Assembly: GCA_964057225.1 (NCBI GenBank)
Contig: OZ059897.1
Location: forward strand, 4,836,001-4,900,000
DNA length: 64,000 bases
Source of the DNA: Auanema rhodensis
Lineage: Eukaryota; Animalia; Nematoda
Direction of reading: 5' to 3'
Below the pieces are notes generated by a model that saw nothing but the letters and a program-made list of their open reading frames with translations, did no database searches and had not been told where the DNA came from. Positions within the stretch are counted from its first letter, which is position 1. Each line of letters opens with the position of its first letter. A program made the translations under genes and the position numbers. Positions 13,552 to 27,245 of the stretch are shown here, one piece after another.

Positions 13552-14959
13552 ACGTGTACATTTAATTAGCATAAATTAAAGTTCACGTAAATTTCAAAGT
13601 CATGGTTACCATGCACCAATATCAATAAAAATTTGTTTTTAGACTAATATGGACATGAGGAATCTAATTTTGAAAACCGCATCTCTTTATCTTTCACGTG
13701 AAGCGAGTTACATACCAAGTGCACATCACGTGTACATTTAATTAGCATAAATTAAAGTTCACGTAAATTTCAAAGTCATGGTTACCATGCACCAATATCA
13801 ATAAAAATTTGTTTTTAGACTAATATGGACATGAGGAATCTAATTTTGAAAACCGCATCTCTTTATCTTTCACGTGAAGCGAGTTACATACCAAGTGCAC
13901 ATCACGTGTACATTTAATTAGCATAAATTAAAGTTCACGTAAATTTCAAAGTCATGGTTACCATACACCAATATCAATAAAAATTTGTTTTTAGACTAAT
14001 ATGGACATGGGGAAACTAATTTTGAAAACCGCATCTCTTTATCTTTCACGTGAAGCAAGTCACATACCAAGTGCACATCACGTGCACATTTAATTAGCAT
14101 AAATTAAAGTTCACGTAAATTTCAAACTCATGGTTACCATGCACCAATATCAATAAAAATTTGTTTTTAGACTAATATGGACATGGGGAATCTAATTTTG
14201 AAAACCGCATCTCTTTATCTTTCACGTGAAGCAAGTTACATACCAAGTGCACAGCACGTGTACATTTAATTAGCATAAATTAAAGTTCACGTAAATTTCA
14301 AAGTCATGGTTACCATGCACCAATATCAATAAAAATTTGTTTTTAGACTAATATGGACATGAGGAATCTAATTTTGAAAACCGCATCTCTTTATCTTTCA
14401 CGTGAAGCGAGTTACATACCAAGTGCACAGCACGTGTACATTTAATTAGCATAAATTAAAGTTCACGTAAATTTCAAAGTCATGGTTACCATGCACCAAT
14501 ATCAATAAAAATTTGTTTTTAGACTAATATGGACATGGGGAATCTAATTTTGAAAACCGCATCTCTTTATCTTTCACGTGAAGCGAGTTACATACCAAGT
14601 GCACATCACGTGTACATTTAATTAGCATAAATTAAAGTTCACGTAAATTTCAAAGTCATGGTTACCATGCACCAATATCAATAAAAATTTGTTTTTAGAC
14701 TAATATGGACATGGGGAATCTAATTTTGAAAACCGCATCTCTTTATCTTTCACGTGAAGCAAGTTACATACCAAGTGCACAGCACGTGTACATTTAATTA
14801 GCATAAATTAAAGTTCACGTAAATTTCAAAGTCATGGTTACCATGCACCAATATCAATAAAAATTTGTTTTTAGACTAATATGGACATGAGGAATCTAAT
14901 TTTGAAAACCGCATCTCTTTATCTTTCACGTGAAGCGAGTTACATAACAAGTGCACAGC

Positions 14960-17900
14960 ACGTGTACATTTAATTAGCATAAATTAAAGTTCACGTAAAT
15001 TTCAAAGTCATGGTTACCATGCACCAATATCAATAAAAATTTATTTTTAGACTAATATGGACATGAGGAATCTAATTTTGAAAACCGCATCTCTTCATCT
15101 TTCACGTGAAGTGAGTTACATACCAAGTGCACAGCACGTGTACATTTAATTAGCATAAATTAAAGTTCACGTAAATTTCAAAGTCATGGTTACCATGCAC
15201 CAATATCAATAAAAATTTGTTTTTAGACTAATATGGACATGGGGAATCTAATTTTAAAAACCGCATCTTTTTATCTTTCACGTGAAGCAAGTTACATACC
15301 AAGTGCATAGCACGTGTACATTTAATTAGCATAAATTAAAGTTCACGTAAATTTCAAAGTCATGGTTACCATGCACCAATATCAATAAAAATTTGTTTTT
15401 AGACTAATATGGACATGGGGAATCTAATTTTAAAAACCGCATCTCTTCATCTTTCACGTGAAGTGAGTTACATACCAAGTGCATAGCACGTGTACATTTA
15501 ATTAGCATAAATTAAAGTTCACGTAAATTTCAAAGTCATGGTTACCATGAACCAATATCAATAAAAATTTGTTTTTAGACTAATATGGACATGGGGAATC
15601 TAATTTTAAAAACCGCATCTCTTTATCTTTCACGTGAAGCAAGTTACATACCAAGTGCATAGCACGTGTACATTTAATTAGCATAAATTAAAGTTCACGT
15701 AAATTTCAAAGTCATGGTTACCATGCACCAATATCAATAAAAATTTGTTTTTAGACTAATATGGACATGGGGAATCTAATTTTGAAAACCGCATCTCTTT
15801 ATCTTTCACGTGAAGCGAGTTACATACCAAGTGCACATCACGTGTACATTTAATTAGCATAAATTAAAGTTCACGTAAATTTCAAAGTCATGGTTACCAT
15901 GCACCAATATCAATAAAAATTTGTTTTTAGACTAATATGGACATGGGGAATCTAATTTTGAAAACCGCATCTCTTTATCTTTCACGTGAAGCAAGTTACA
16001 TACCAAGTGCACATCACGTGTACATTTAATTAGCATAAATTAAAGTTCACGTAAATTTCAAAGTCATGGTTACCATGCACCAATATCAATAAAAATTTGT
16101 TTTTAGACTAATATGGACATGGGGAATCTAATTTTGAAAACCGCATCTCTTTATCTTTCACGTGAAGCGAGTTACATACCAAGTGCACATCACGTGTACA
16201 TTTAATTAGCATAAATTAAAGTTCACGTAAATTTCAAAGTCATGGTTACCATGCACCAATATCAATAAAAATTTGTTTTTAGACTAATATGGACATGGGG
16301 AATCTAATTTTGAAAACCGCATCTCTTTATCTTTCACGTGAAGTGAGTTACATACCAAGTGCACATCACGTGTACATTTAATTAGCATAAATTAAAGTTC
16401 ACGTAAATTTCAAAGTCATGGTTACCATGCACCAATATCAATAAAAATTTGTTTTTAGACTAATATGGACATGGGGAATCTAATTTTGAAAACCGCATCT
16501 CTTTATCTTTCACGTGAAGCAAGTTACATACCAAGTGCACATCACGTGTACATTTAATTAGCATAAATTAAAGTTCACGTAAATTTCAAAGTCATGGTTA
16601 CCATGCACCAATATCAATAAAAATTTGTTTTTAGACTAATATGGACATGGGGAATCTAATTTTGAAAACCGCATCTCTTTATCTTTCACGTGAAGCAAGT
16701 TACATACCAAGTGCACATCACGTGTACATTTAATTAGCATAAATTAAAGTTCACGTAAATTTCAAAGTCATGGTTACCATGCACCAATATCAATAAAAAT
16801 TTGTTTTTAGACTAATATGGACATGAGGAATCTAATTTTGAAAACCGCATCTCTTTATCTTTCACGTGAAGCGAGTTACATACCAAGTGCACATCACGTG
16901 TACATTTAATTAGCATAAATTAAAGTTCACGTAAATTTCAAAGTCATGGTTACCATACACCAATATCAATAAAAATTTGTTTTTAGACTAATATGGACAT
17001 GGGGAAACTAATTTTGAAAACCGCATCTCTTTATCTTTCACGTGAAGCAAGTCACATACCAAGTGCACATCACGTGCACATTTAATTAGCATAAATTAAA
17101 GTTCACGTAAATTTCAAAGTCATGGTTACCATGCACCAATATCAATAAAAATTTGTTTTTAGTTTAATATGGACATGAGGAATCTAATTTTGAAAACCGC
17201 ATCTCTTTATCTTTCACGTGAAGCGAGTTACATACCAAGTGCACATCACGTGTACATTTAATTAGCATAAATTAAAGTTCACGTAAATTTCAAAGTCATG
17301 GTTACCATGAACCAATATCAATAAAAATTTGTTTTTAGACTAATATGGACATGGGGAATCTAATTTTAAAAACCGCATCTCTTTATCTTTCACGTGAAGC
17401 AAGTTACATACCAAGTGCACAGCACGTGTACATTTAATTAGCATAAATTAAAGTTCACGTAAATTTCAAAGTCATGGTTACCATGCACCAATATCAATAA
17501 AAATTTATTTTTAGACTAATATGGACATGAGGAATCTAATTTTGAAAACCGCATCTCTTCATCTTTCACGTGAAGTGAGTTACATACCAAGTGCACAGCA
17601 CGTGTACATTTAATTAGCATAAATTAAAGTTCACGTAAATTTCAAAGTCATGGTTACCATGCACCAATATCAATAAAAATTTGTTTTTAGACTAATATGG
17701 ACATGGGGAATCTAATTTTAAAAACCGCATCTTTTTATCTTTCACGTGAAGCAAGTTACATACCAAGTGCATAGCACGTGTACATTTAATTAGCATAAAT
17801 TAAAGTTCACGTAAATTTCAAAGTCATGGTTACCATGCACCAATATCAATAAAAATTTGTTTTTAGACTAATATGGACATGGGGAATCTAATTTTAAAAA

Positions 17901-19711
17901 CCGCATCTCTTCATCTTTCACGTGAAGTGAGTTACATACCAAGTGCATAGCACGTGTACATTTAATTAGCATAAATTAAAGTTCACGTAAATTTCAAAGT
18001 CATGGTTACCATGAACCAATATCAATAAAAATTTGTTTTTAGACTAATATGGACATGGGGAATCTAATTTTAAAAACCGCATCTCTTTATCTTTCACGTG
18101 AAGCAAGTTACATACCAAGTGCATAGCACGTGTACATTTAATTAGCATAAATTAAAGTTCACGTAAATTTCAAAGTCATGGTTACCATGCACCAATATCA
18201 ATAAAAATTTGTTTTTAGACTAATATGGACATGGGGAATCTAATTTTGAAAACCGCATCTCTTTATCTTTCACGTGAAGCGAGTTACATACCAAGTGCAC
18301 ATCACGTGTACATTTAATTAGCATAAATTAAAGTTCACGTAAATTTCAAAGTCATGGTTACCATGCACCAATATCAATAAAAATTTGTTTTTAGACTAAT
18401 ATGGACATGGGGAATCTAATTTTGAAAACCGCATCTCTTTATCTTTCACGTGAAGCAAGTTACATACCAAGTGCACATCACGTGTACATTTAATTAGCAT
18501 AAATTAAAGTTCACGTAAATTTCAAAGTCATGGTTACCATGCACCAATATCAATAAAAATTTGTTTTTAGACTAATATGGACATGGGGAATCTAATTTTG
18601 AAAACCGCATCTCTTTATCTTTCACGTGAAGCGAGTTACATACCAAGTGCACATCACGTGTACATTTAATTAGCATAAATTAAAGTTCACGTAAATTTCA
18701 AAGTCATGGTTACCATGCACCAATATCAATAAAAATTTGTTTTTAGACTAATATGGACATGGGGAATCTAATTTTGAAAACCGCATCTCTTTATCTTTCA
18801 CGTGAAGTGAGTTACATACCAAGTGCACATCACGTGTACATTTAATTAGCATAAATTAAAGTTCACGTAAATTTCAAAGTCATGGTTACCATGCACCAAT
18901 ATCAATAAAAATTTGTTTTTAGACTAATATGGACATGGGGAATCTAATTTTGAAAACCGCATCTCTTTATCTTTCACGTGAAGCAAGTTACATACCAAGT
19001 GCACATCACGTGTACATTTAATTAGCATAAATTAAAGTTCACGTAAATTTCAAAGTCATGGTTACCATGCACCAATATCAATAAAAATTTGTTTTTAGAC
19101 TAATATGGACATGGGGAATCTAATTTTGAAAACCGCATCTCTTTATCTTTCACGTGAAGCAAGTTACATACCAAGTGCACATCACGTGTACATTTAATTA
19201 GCATAAATTAAAGTTCACGTAAATTTCAAAGTCATGGTTACCATGCACCAATATCAATAAAAATTTGTTTTTAGACTAATATGGACATGAGGAATCTAAT
19301 TTTGAAAACCGCATCTCTTTATCTTTCACGTGAAGCGAGTTACATACCAAGTGCACATCACGTGTACATTTAATTAGCATAAATTAAAGTTCACGTAAAT
19401 TTCAAAGTCATGGTTACCATACACCAATATCAATAAAAATTTGTTTTTAGACTAATATGGACATGGGGAAACTAATTTTGAAAACCGCATCTCTTTATCT
19501 TTCACGTGAAGCAAGTCACATACCAAGTGCACATCACGTGCACATTTAATTAGCATAAATTAAAGTTCACGTAAATTTCAAAGTCATGGTTACCATGCAC
19601 CAATATCAATAAAAATTTGTTTTTAGTTTAATATGGACATGAGGAATCTAATTTTGAAAACCGCATCTCTTTATCTTTCACGTGAAGCGAGTTACATACC
19701 AAGTGCACATC
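14960..19711. repeat. Duplication with a 14-monomer period (2464 bp)
   Basis: G84>A at 15043/17507, AGTTTAAT at 17163/19627 and T112>A at 17007/19471 all lie at offset 2464. Confidence 0.85.
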
Positions 19712-22700
19712 ACGTGTACATTTAATTAGCATAAATTAAAGTTCACGTAAATTTCAAAGTCATGGTTACCATACACCAATATCAATAAAAATTTGTTTTT
19801 AGACTAATATGGACATGGGGAAACTAATTTTGAAAACCGCATCTCTTTATCTTTCACGTGAAGCAAGTCACATACCAAGTGCACATCACGTGCACATTTA
19901 ATTAGCATAAATTAAAGTTCACGTAAATTTCAAAGTCATGGTTACCATGCACCAATATCAATAAAAATTTGTTTTTAGACTAATATGGACATGGGGAATC
20001 TAATTTTGAAAACCGCATCTCTTTATCTTTCACGTGAAGTGAGTTACATACCAAGTGCACATCACGTGTACATTTAATTAGCATAAATTAAAGTTCACGT
20101 AAATTTCAAAGTCATGGTTACCATGCACCAATATCAATAAAAATTTGTTTTTAGACTAATATGGACATGGGGAATCTAATTTTGAAAACCGCATCTCTTT
20201 ATCTTTCACGTGAAGCAAGTTACATACCAAGTGCACATCACGTGTACATTTAATTAGCATAAATTAAAGTTCACGTAAATTTCAAAGTCATGGTTACCAT
20301 GCACCAATATCAATAAAAATTTGTTTTTAGACTAATATGGACATGGGGAATCTAATTTTGAAAACCGCATCTCTTTATCTTTCACGTGAAGCAAGTTACA
20401 TACCAAGTGCACATCACGTGTACATTTAATTAGCATAAATTAAAGTTCACGTAAATTTCAAAGTCATGGTTACCATGCACCAATATCAATAAAAATTTGT
20501 TTTTAGACTAATATGGACATGAGCAATCTAATTTTGAAAACCGCATCTCTTTATCTTTCACGTGAAGCGAGTTACATACCAAGTGCACATCACGTGTACA
20601 TTTAATTAGCATAAATTAAAGTTCACGTAAATTTCAAAGTCATGGTTACCATACACCAATATCAATAAAAATTTGTTTTTAGACTAATATGGACATGGGG
20701 AAACTAATTTTGAAAACCGCATCTCTTTATCTTTCACGTGAAGCAAGTCACATACCAAGTGCACATCACGTGCACATTTAATTAGCATAAATTAAAGTTC
20801 ACGTAAATTTCAAACTCATGGTTACCATGCACCAATATCAATAAAAATTTGTTTTTAGACTAATATGGACATGGGGAATCTAATTTTGAAAACCGCATCT
20901 CTTTATCTTTCACGTGAAGCAAGTTACATACCAAGTGCACAGCACGTGTACATTTAATTAGCATAAATTAAAGTTCACGTAAATTTCAAAGTCATGGTTA
21001 CCATGCACCAATATCAATAAAAATTTGTTTTTAGACTAATATGGACATGAGGAATCTAATTTTGAAAACCGCATCTCTTTATCTTTCACGTGAAGCGAGT
21101 TACATACCAAGTGCACAGCACGTGTACATTTAATTAGCATAAATTAAAGTTCACGTAAATTTCAAAGTCATGGTTACCATGCACCAATATCAATAAAAAT
21201 TTGTTTTTAGACTAATATGGACATGAGGAATCTAATTTTGAAAACCGCATCTCTTTATCTTTCACGTGAAGCGAGTTACATACCAAGTGCACAGCACGTG
21301 TACATTTAATGAGCATAAATTAAAGTTCACGTAAATTTCAAAGTCATGGTTACCATGCACCAATATCAATAAAAATTTGTTTTTAGACTAATATGGACAT
21401 GGGGAATCTAATTTTGAAAACCGCATCTCTTTATCTTTCACGTGAAGCGAGTTACATACCAAGTGCACATCACGTGAACATTTAATTAGCATAAATTAAA
21501 GTTCACGTAAATTTCAAAGTCATGGTTACCATGCACCAATATCAATAAAAATTTGTTTTTAGACTAATATGGACATGGGGAATCTAATTTTGAAAACCGC
21601 ATCTCTTTATCTTTCACGTGAAGCGAGTTACATACCAAGTGCACATCACGTGTACATTTAATTAGCATAAATTAAAGTTCACGTAAATTTCAAAGTCATG
21701 GTTACCATGCACCAATATCAATAAAAATTTGTTTTTAGACTAATATGGACATGGGGAATCTAATTTTGAAAACCGCATCTCTTTATCTTTCACGTGAAGT
21801 GAGTTACATACCAAGTGCACATCACGTGTACATTTAATTAGCATAAATTAAAGTTCACGTAAATTTCAAAGTCATGGTTACCATGCGCCAATATCAATAA
21901 AAATTTGTTTTTAGACTAATATGGACATGGGGAATCTAATTTTGAAAACCGCATCTCTTTATCTTTCACGTGAAGCGAGTTACATACCAAGTGCACATCA
22001 CGTGTACATTTAATTAGCATAAATTAAAGTTCACGTAAATTTCAAAGTCATGGTTACCATGCACCAATATCAATAAAAATTTGTTTTTAGACTAATATGG
22101 ACATGGGGAATCTAATTTTGAAAACCGCATCTCTTTATCTTTCACGTGAAGCAAGTTACATACCAAGTGCACATCACGTGCACATTTAATTAGCATAAAT
22201 TAAAGTTCACGTAAATTTCAAACTCATGGTTACCATGCACCAATATCAATAAAAATTTGTTTTTAGACTAATATGGACATGGGGAATCTAATTTTGAAAA
22301 CCGCATCTCTTTATCTTTCACGTGAAGCAAGTTACATACCAAGTGCACAGCACGTGTACATTTAATTAGCATAAATTAAAGTTCACGTAAATTTCAAAGT
22401 CATGGTTACCATGCACCAATATCAATAAAAATTTGTTTTTAGACTAATATGGACATGAGGAATCTAATTTTGAAAACCGCATCTCTTTATCTTTCACGTG
22501 AAGCGAGTTACATACCAAGTGCACAGCACGTGTACATTTAATTAGCATAAATTAAAGTTCACGTAAATTTCAAAGTCATGGTTACCATGCACCAATATCA
22601 ATAAAAATTTGTTTTTAGACTAATATGGACATGAGGAATCTAATTTTGAAAACCGCATCTCTTTATCTTTCACGTGAAGCGAGTTACATACCAAGTGCAC

Positions 22701-25700
22701 AGCACGTGTACATTTAATGAGCATAAATTAAGGTTCACGTAAATTTCAAAGTCATGGTTACCATGCACCAATATCAATAAAAATTTGTTTTTAGACTAAT
22801 ATGGACATGGGGAATCTAATTTTGAAAACCGCATCTCTTTATCTTTCACGTGAAGCGAGTTACATACCAAGTGCACATCACGTGAACATTTAATTAGCAT
22901 AAATTAAAGTTCACGTAAATTTCAAAGTCATGGTTACCATGCACCAATATCAATAAAAATTTGTTTTTAGACTAATATGGACATGGGAAATCTAATTTTG
23001 AAAACCGCATCTCTTTATCTTTCACGTGAAGCGAGTTACATACCAAGTGCACATCACGTGTACATTTAATTAGCATAAATTAAAGTTCACGTAAATTTCA
23101 AAGTCATGGTTACCATGCACCAATATCAATAAAAATTTGTTTTTAGACTAATATGGACATGGGGAATCTAATTTTGAAAACCGCATCTCTTTATCTTTCA
23201 CGTGAAGTGAGTTACATACCAAGTGCACATCACGTGTACATTTAATTAGCATAAATTAAAGTTCACGTAAATTTCAAAGTCATGGTTACCATGCACCAAT
23301 ATCAATAAAAATTTGTTTTTAGACTAATATGGACATGGGGAATCTAATTTTGAAAACCGCATCTCTTTATCTTTCACGTGAAGCGAGTTACATACCAAGT
23401 GCACATCACGTGTACATTTAATTAGCATAAATTAAAGTTCACGTAAATTTCAAAGTCATGGTTACCATGCACCAATATCAATAAAAATTTGTTTTTAGAC
23501 TAATATGGACATGGGGAATCTAATTTTGAAAACCGCATCTCTTTATCTTTCACGTGAAGCGAGTTACATACCAAGTGCACATCACGTGTACATTTAATTA
23601 GCATAAATTAAAGTTCACGTAAATTTCAAAGTCATGGTTACCATGCACCAATATCAATAAAAATTTATTTTTAGACTAATATGGACATGAGGAATCTAAT
23701 TTTGAAAACCGCATCTCTTCATCTTTCACGTGAAGTGAGTTACATACCAAATGCACAGCACGTGTACATTTAATTAGCATAAATTAAAGTTCACGTAAAT
23801 TTCAAAGTCATGGTTACCATGCACTAATATCAATAAAAATTTGTTTTTAGACTAATATGGACATGGGGAATCTAATTTTGAAAACCGCATCTCTTTATCT
23901 TTCACGTGAAGCAAGTTACATACCAAGTGCACATCACGTGCACATTTAATTAGCATAAATTAAAGTTCACGTAAATTTCAAAGTCATGGTTGCCATGCAC
24001 CAATATCAATAAAAATTTGTTTTTAGACTAATATGGACATGGGGAATCTAATTTTGAAAACCGCATCTCTTTATCTTTCACGTGAAGCAAGTTACGAACC
24101 AAGTGCACATCACGTGTACATTTAATGAGCATAAATTAAGGTTCACGTAAATTTCAAAGTCATGGTTACCATGCACCAATATCAATAAAAATTTGTTTTT
24201 AGACTAATATGGACATGGGGAATCTAATTTTGAAAACCGCATCTCTTTATCTTTCACGTGAAGCGAGTTACATACCAAGTGCACATCACGTGAACATTTA
24301 ATTAGCATAAATTAAAGTTCACGTAAATTTCAAAGTCATGGTTACCATGCACCAGTATCAATAAAAATTTGTTTTTAGACTAATATGGACATGGGGAATC
24401 TAATTTTGAAAACCGCATCTCTTTATCTTTCACGTGAAGCGAGTTACATACCAAGTGCACATCACGTGTACATTTAATTAGCATAAATTAAAGTTCACGT
24501 AAATTTCAAAGTCATGGTTACCATGCACCAATATCAATAAAAATTTGTTTTTAGACTAATATGGACATGGGGAATCTAATTTTGGAAACCGCATCTCTTT
24601 ATCTTTCACGTGAAGTGAGTTACATACCAAGTGCACATCACGTGTACATTTAATTAGCATAAATTAAAGTTCACGTAAATTTCAAAGTCATGGTTACCAT
24701 GCACAAATATCAATAAAAATTTGTTTTTAGACTAATATGGACATGGGGAATCTAATTTTGAAAACCGCATCTCTTTATCTTTCACGTGAAGCGAGTTACA
24801 TACCAAGTGCACAGCACGTGTACATTTAATTAGCATAAATTAAAGTTCACGTAAATTTCAAAGTCATGGTTACCATGCACCAATATCAATAAAAATTTGT
24901 TTTTAGACTAATATGGACATGGGGAATCTAATTTTGAAAACCGCATCTCTTTATCTTTCACGTGAAGCGAGTTACATACCAAGTGCACATCACGTGTACA
25001 TTTAATTAGCATAAATTAAAGTTCACGTAAATTTCAAAGTCATGGTTACCATGCACCAATATCAATAAAAATTTGTTTTTAGACTAATATGGACATGGGG
25101 AAACTAATTTTGAAAACCGCATCTCTTTATCTTTCACGTGAAGCAAGTCACATACCAAGTGCACATCACGTGCACATTTAATTAGCATAAATTAAAGTTC
25201 ACGTAAATTTCAAACTCATGGTTACCATGCACCAATATCAATAAAAATTTGTTTTTAGACTAATATGGACATGGGGAATCTAATTTTGAAAACCGCATCT
25301 CTTTATCTTTCACGTGAAGTGAGTTACATACCAAGTGCACATCACGTGTACATTTAATTAGCATAAATTAAAGTTCACGTAAATTTCAAAGTCATGGTTA
25401 CCATGCACCAATAACAATAAAAATTTGTTTTTAGACTAATATGGACATGGGGAATCTAATTTTGAAAACCGCATCTCTTTATCTTTCACGTGAAGCGAGT
25501 TACATACCAAGTGCACATCACGTGTACATTTAATTAGCATAAATTAAAGTTCACGTAAATTTCAAAGTCATGGTTACCATGCACCAATATCAATAAAAAT
25601 TTGTTTTTAGACTAATATGGACATGGGGAATCTAATTTTGAAAACCGCATCTCTTTATCTTTCACGTGAAGCGAGTTACATACCAAGTGCACATCACGTG

Positions 25701-27103
25701 TACATTTAATTAGCATAAATTAAAGTTCACGTAAATTTCAAAGTCATGGTTACCATGCACCAATATCAATAAAAATTTGTTTTTAGACTAATATGGACAT
25801 GGGGAATCTAATTTTGAAAACCGCATCTCTTTATCTTTCACGTGAAGCGAGTTACATACCAAGTGCACATCACGTGAACATTTAATTAGCATAAATTAAA
25901 GTTCACGTAAATTTCAAAGTCATGGTTACCATGCACCAATATCAATAAAAATTTGTTTTTAGACTAATATGGACATGGGGAATCTAATTTTGAAAACCGC
26001 ATCTCTTTATCTTTCACGTGAAGCGAGTTACATACCAAGTGCACATCACGTGTACATTTAATTAGCATAAATTAAAGTTCACGTAAATTTCAAAGTCATG
26101 GTTACCATGCACCAATATCAATAAAAATTTGTTTTTAGACTAATATGGACATGGGGAAACTAATTTTGAAAACCGCATCTCTTTATCTTTCACGTGAAGC
26201 AAGTCACATACCAAGTGCACATCACGTGCACATTTAATTAGCATAAATTAAAGTTCACGTAAATTTCAAACTCATGGTTACCATGCACCAATATCAATAA
26301 AAATTTGTTTTTAGACTAATATGGACATGGGGAATCTGATTTTGAAAACCGCATCTCTTTATCTTTCACGTGAAGTGAGTTACATACCAAGTGCACATCA
26401 CGTGTACATTTAATTAGCATAAATTAAAGTTCACGTAAATTTCAAAGTCATGGTTACCATGCACCAATAACAATAAAAATTTGTTTTTAGACTAATATGG
26501 ACATGGGGAATCTAATTTTGAAAACCGCATCTCTTTATCTTTCACGTGAAGCGAGTTACATACCAAGTGCACATCACGTGTACATTTAATTAGCATAAAT
26601 TAAAGTTCACGTAAATTTCAAAGTCATGGTTACCATGCACCAATATCAATAAAAATTTGTTTTTAGACTAATATGGACATGGGGAATCTAATTTTGAAAA
26701 CCGCATCTCTTTATCTTTCACGTGAAGCAAGTCACATACCAAGTGCACATCACGTGAACATTTAATTAGCATAAATTAAAGTTCACGTAAATTTCAAAGT
26801 CATGGTTACCATGCACCAATATCAATAAAAATTTGTTTTTAGACTAATATGGACATGGGGAATCGAATTTTGAAAACCGCATCTCTTTATCTTTCACGTG
26901 AAGCGAGTTACATACCAAGTGCACATCACGTGTACATTTAATTAGCATAAATTAAAGTTCACGTAAATTTCAAAGTCATGGTTACCATGCACCAATATCA
27001 ATAAAAATTTGTTTTTAGACTAATATGGACATGGGGAATCTAATTTTGAAAACCGCATCTCTTTATCTTTCACGTGAAGTGAGTTACATACCAAGTGCAC
27101 ATC

Positions 27104-27245
27104 ACGTGTACATTTAATTAGCATAAATTAAAGTTCATATCAATAAAAATTTGTTTTTAGACTAATATGGACATGGGGAATCTAATTTTGAAAACCGCAT
27201 CTCTTTATCTTTCACGTGAAGCGAGTTACATACCAAGTGCACAGC
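27104..27245. repeat. 142-bp monomer with a 34-bp deletion (monomer positions 35-68), copy 1
   Basis: Junction AAAGTTCA|TATCAAT at 27137/27138; next monomer starts at 27246. Confidence 0.97.
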
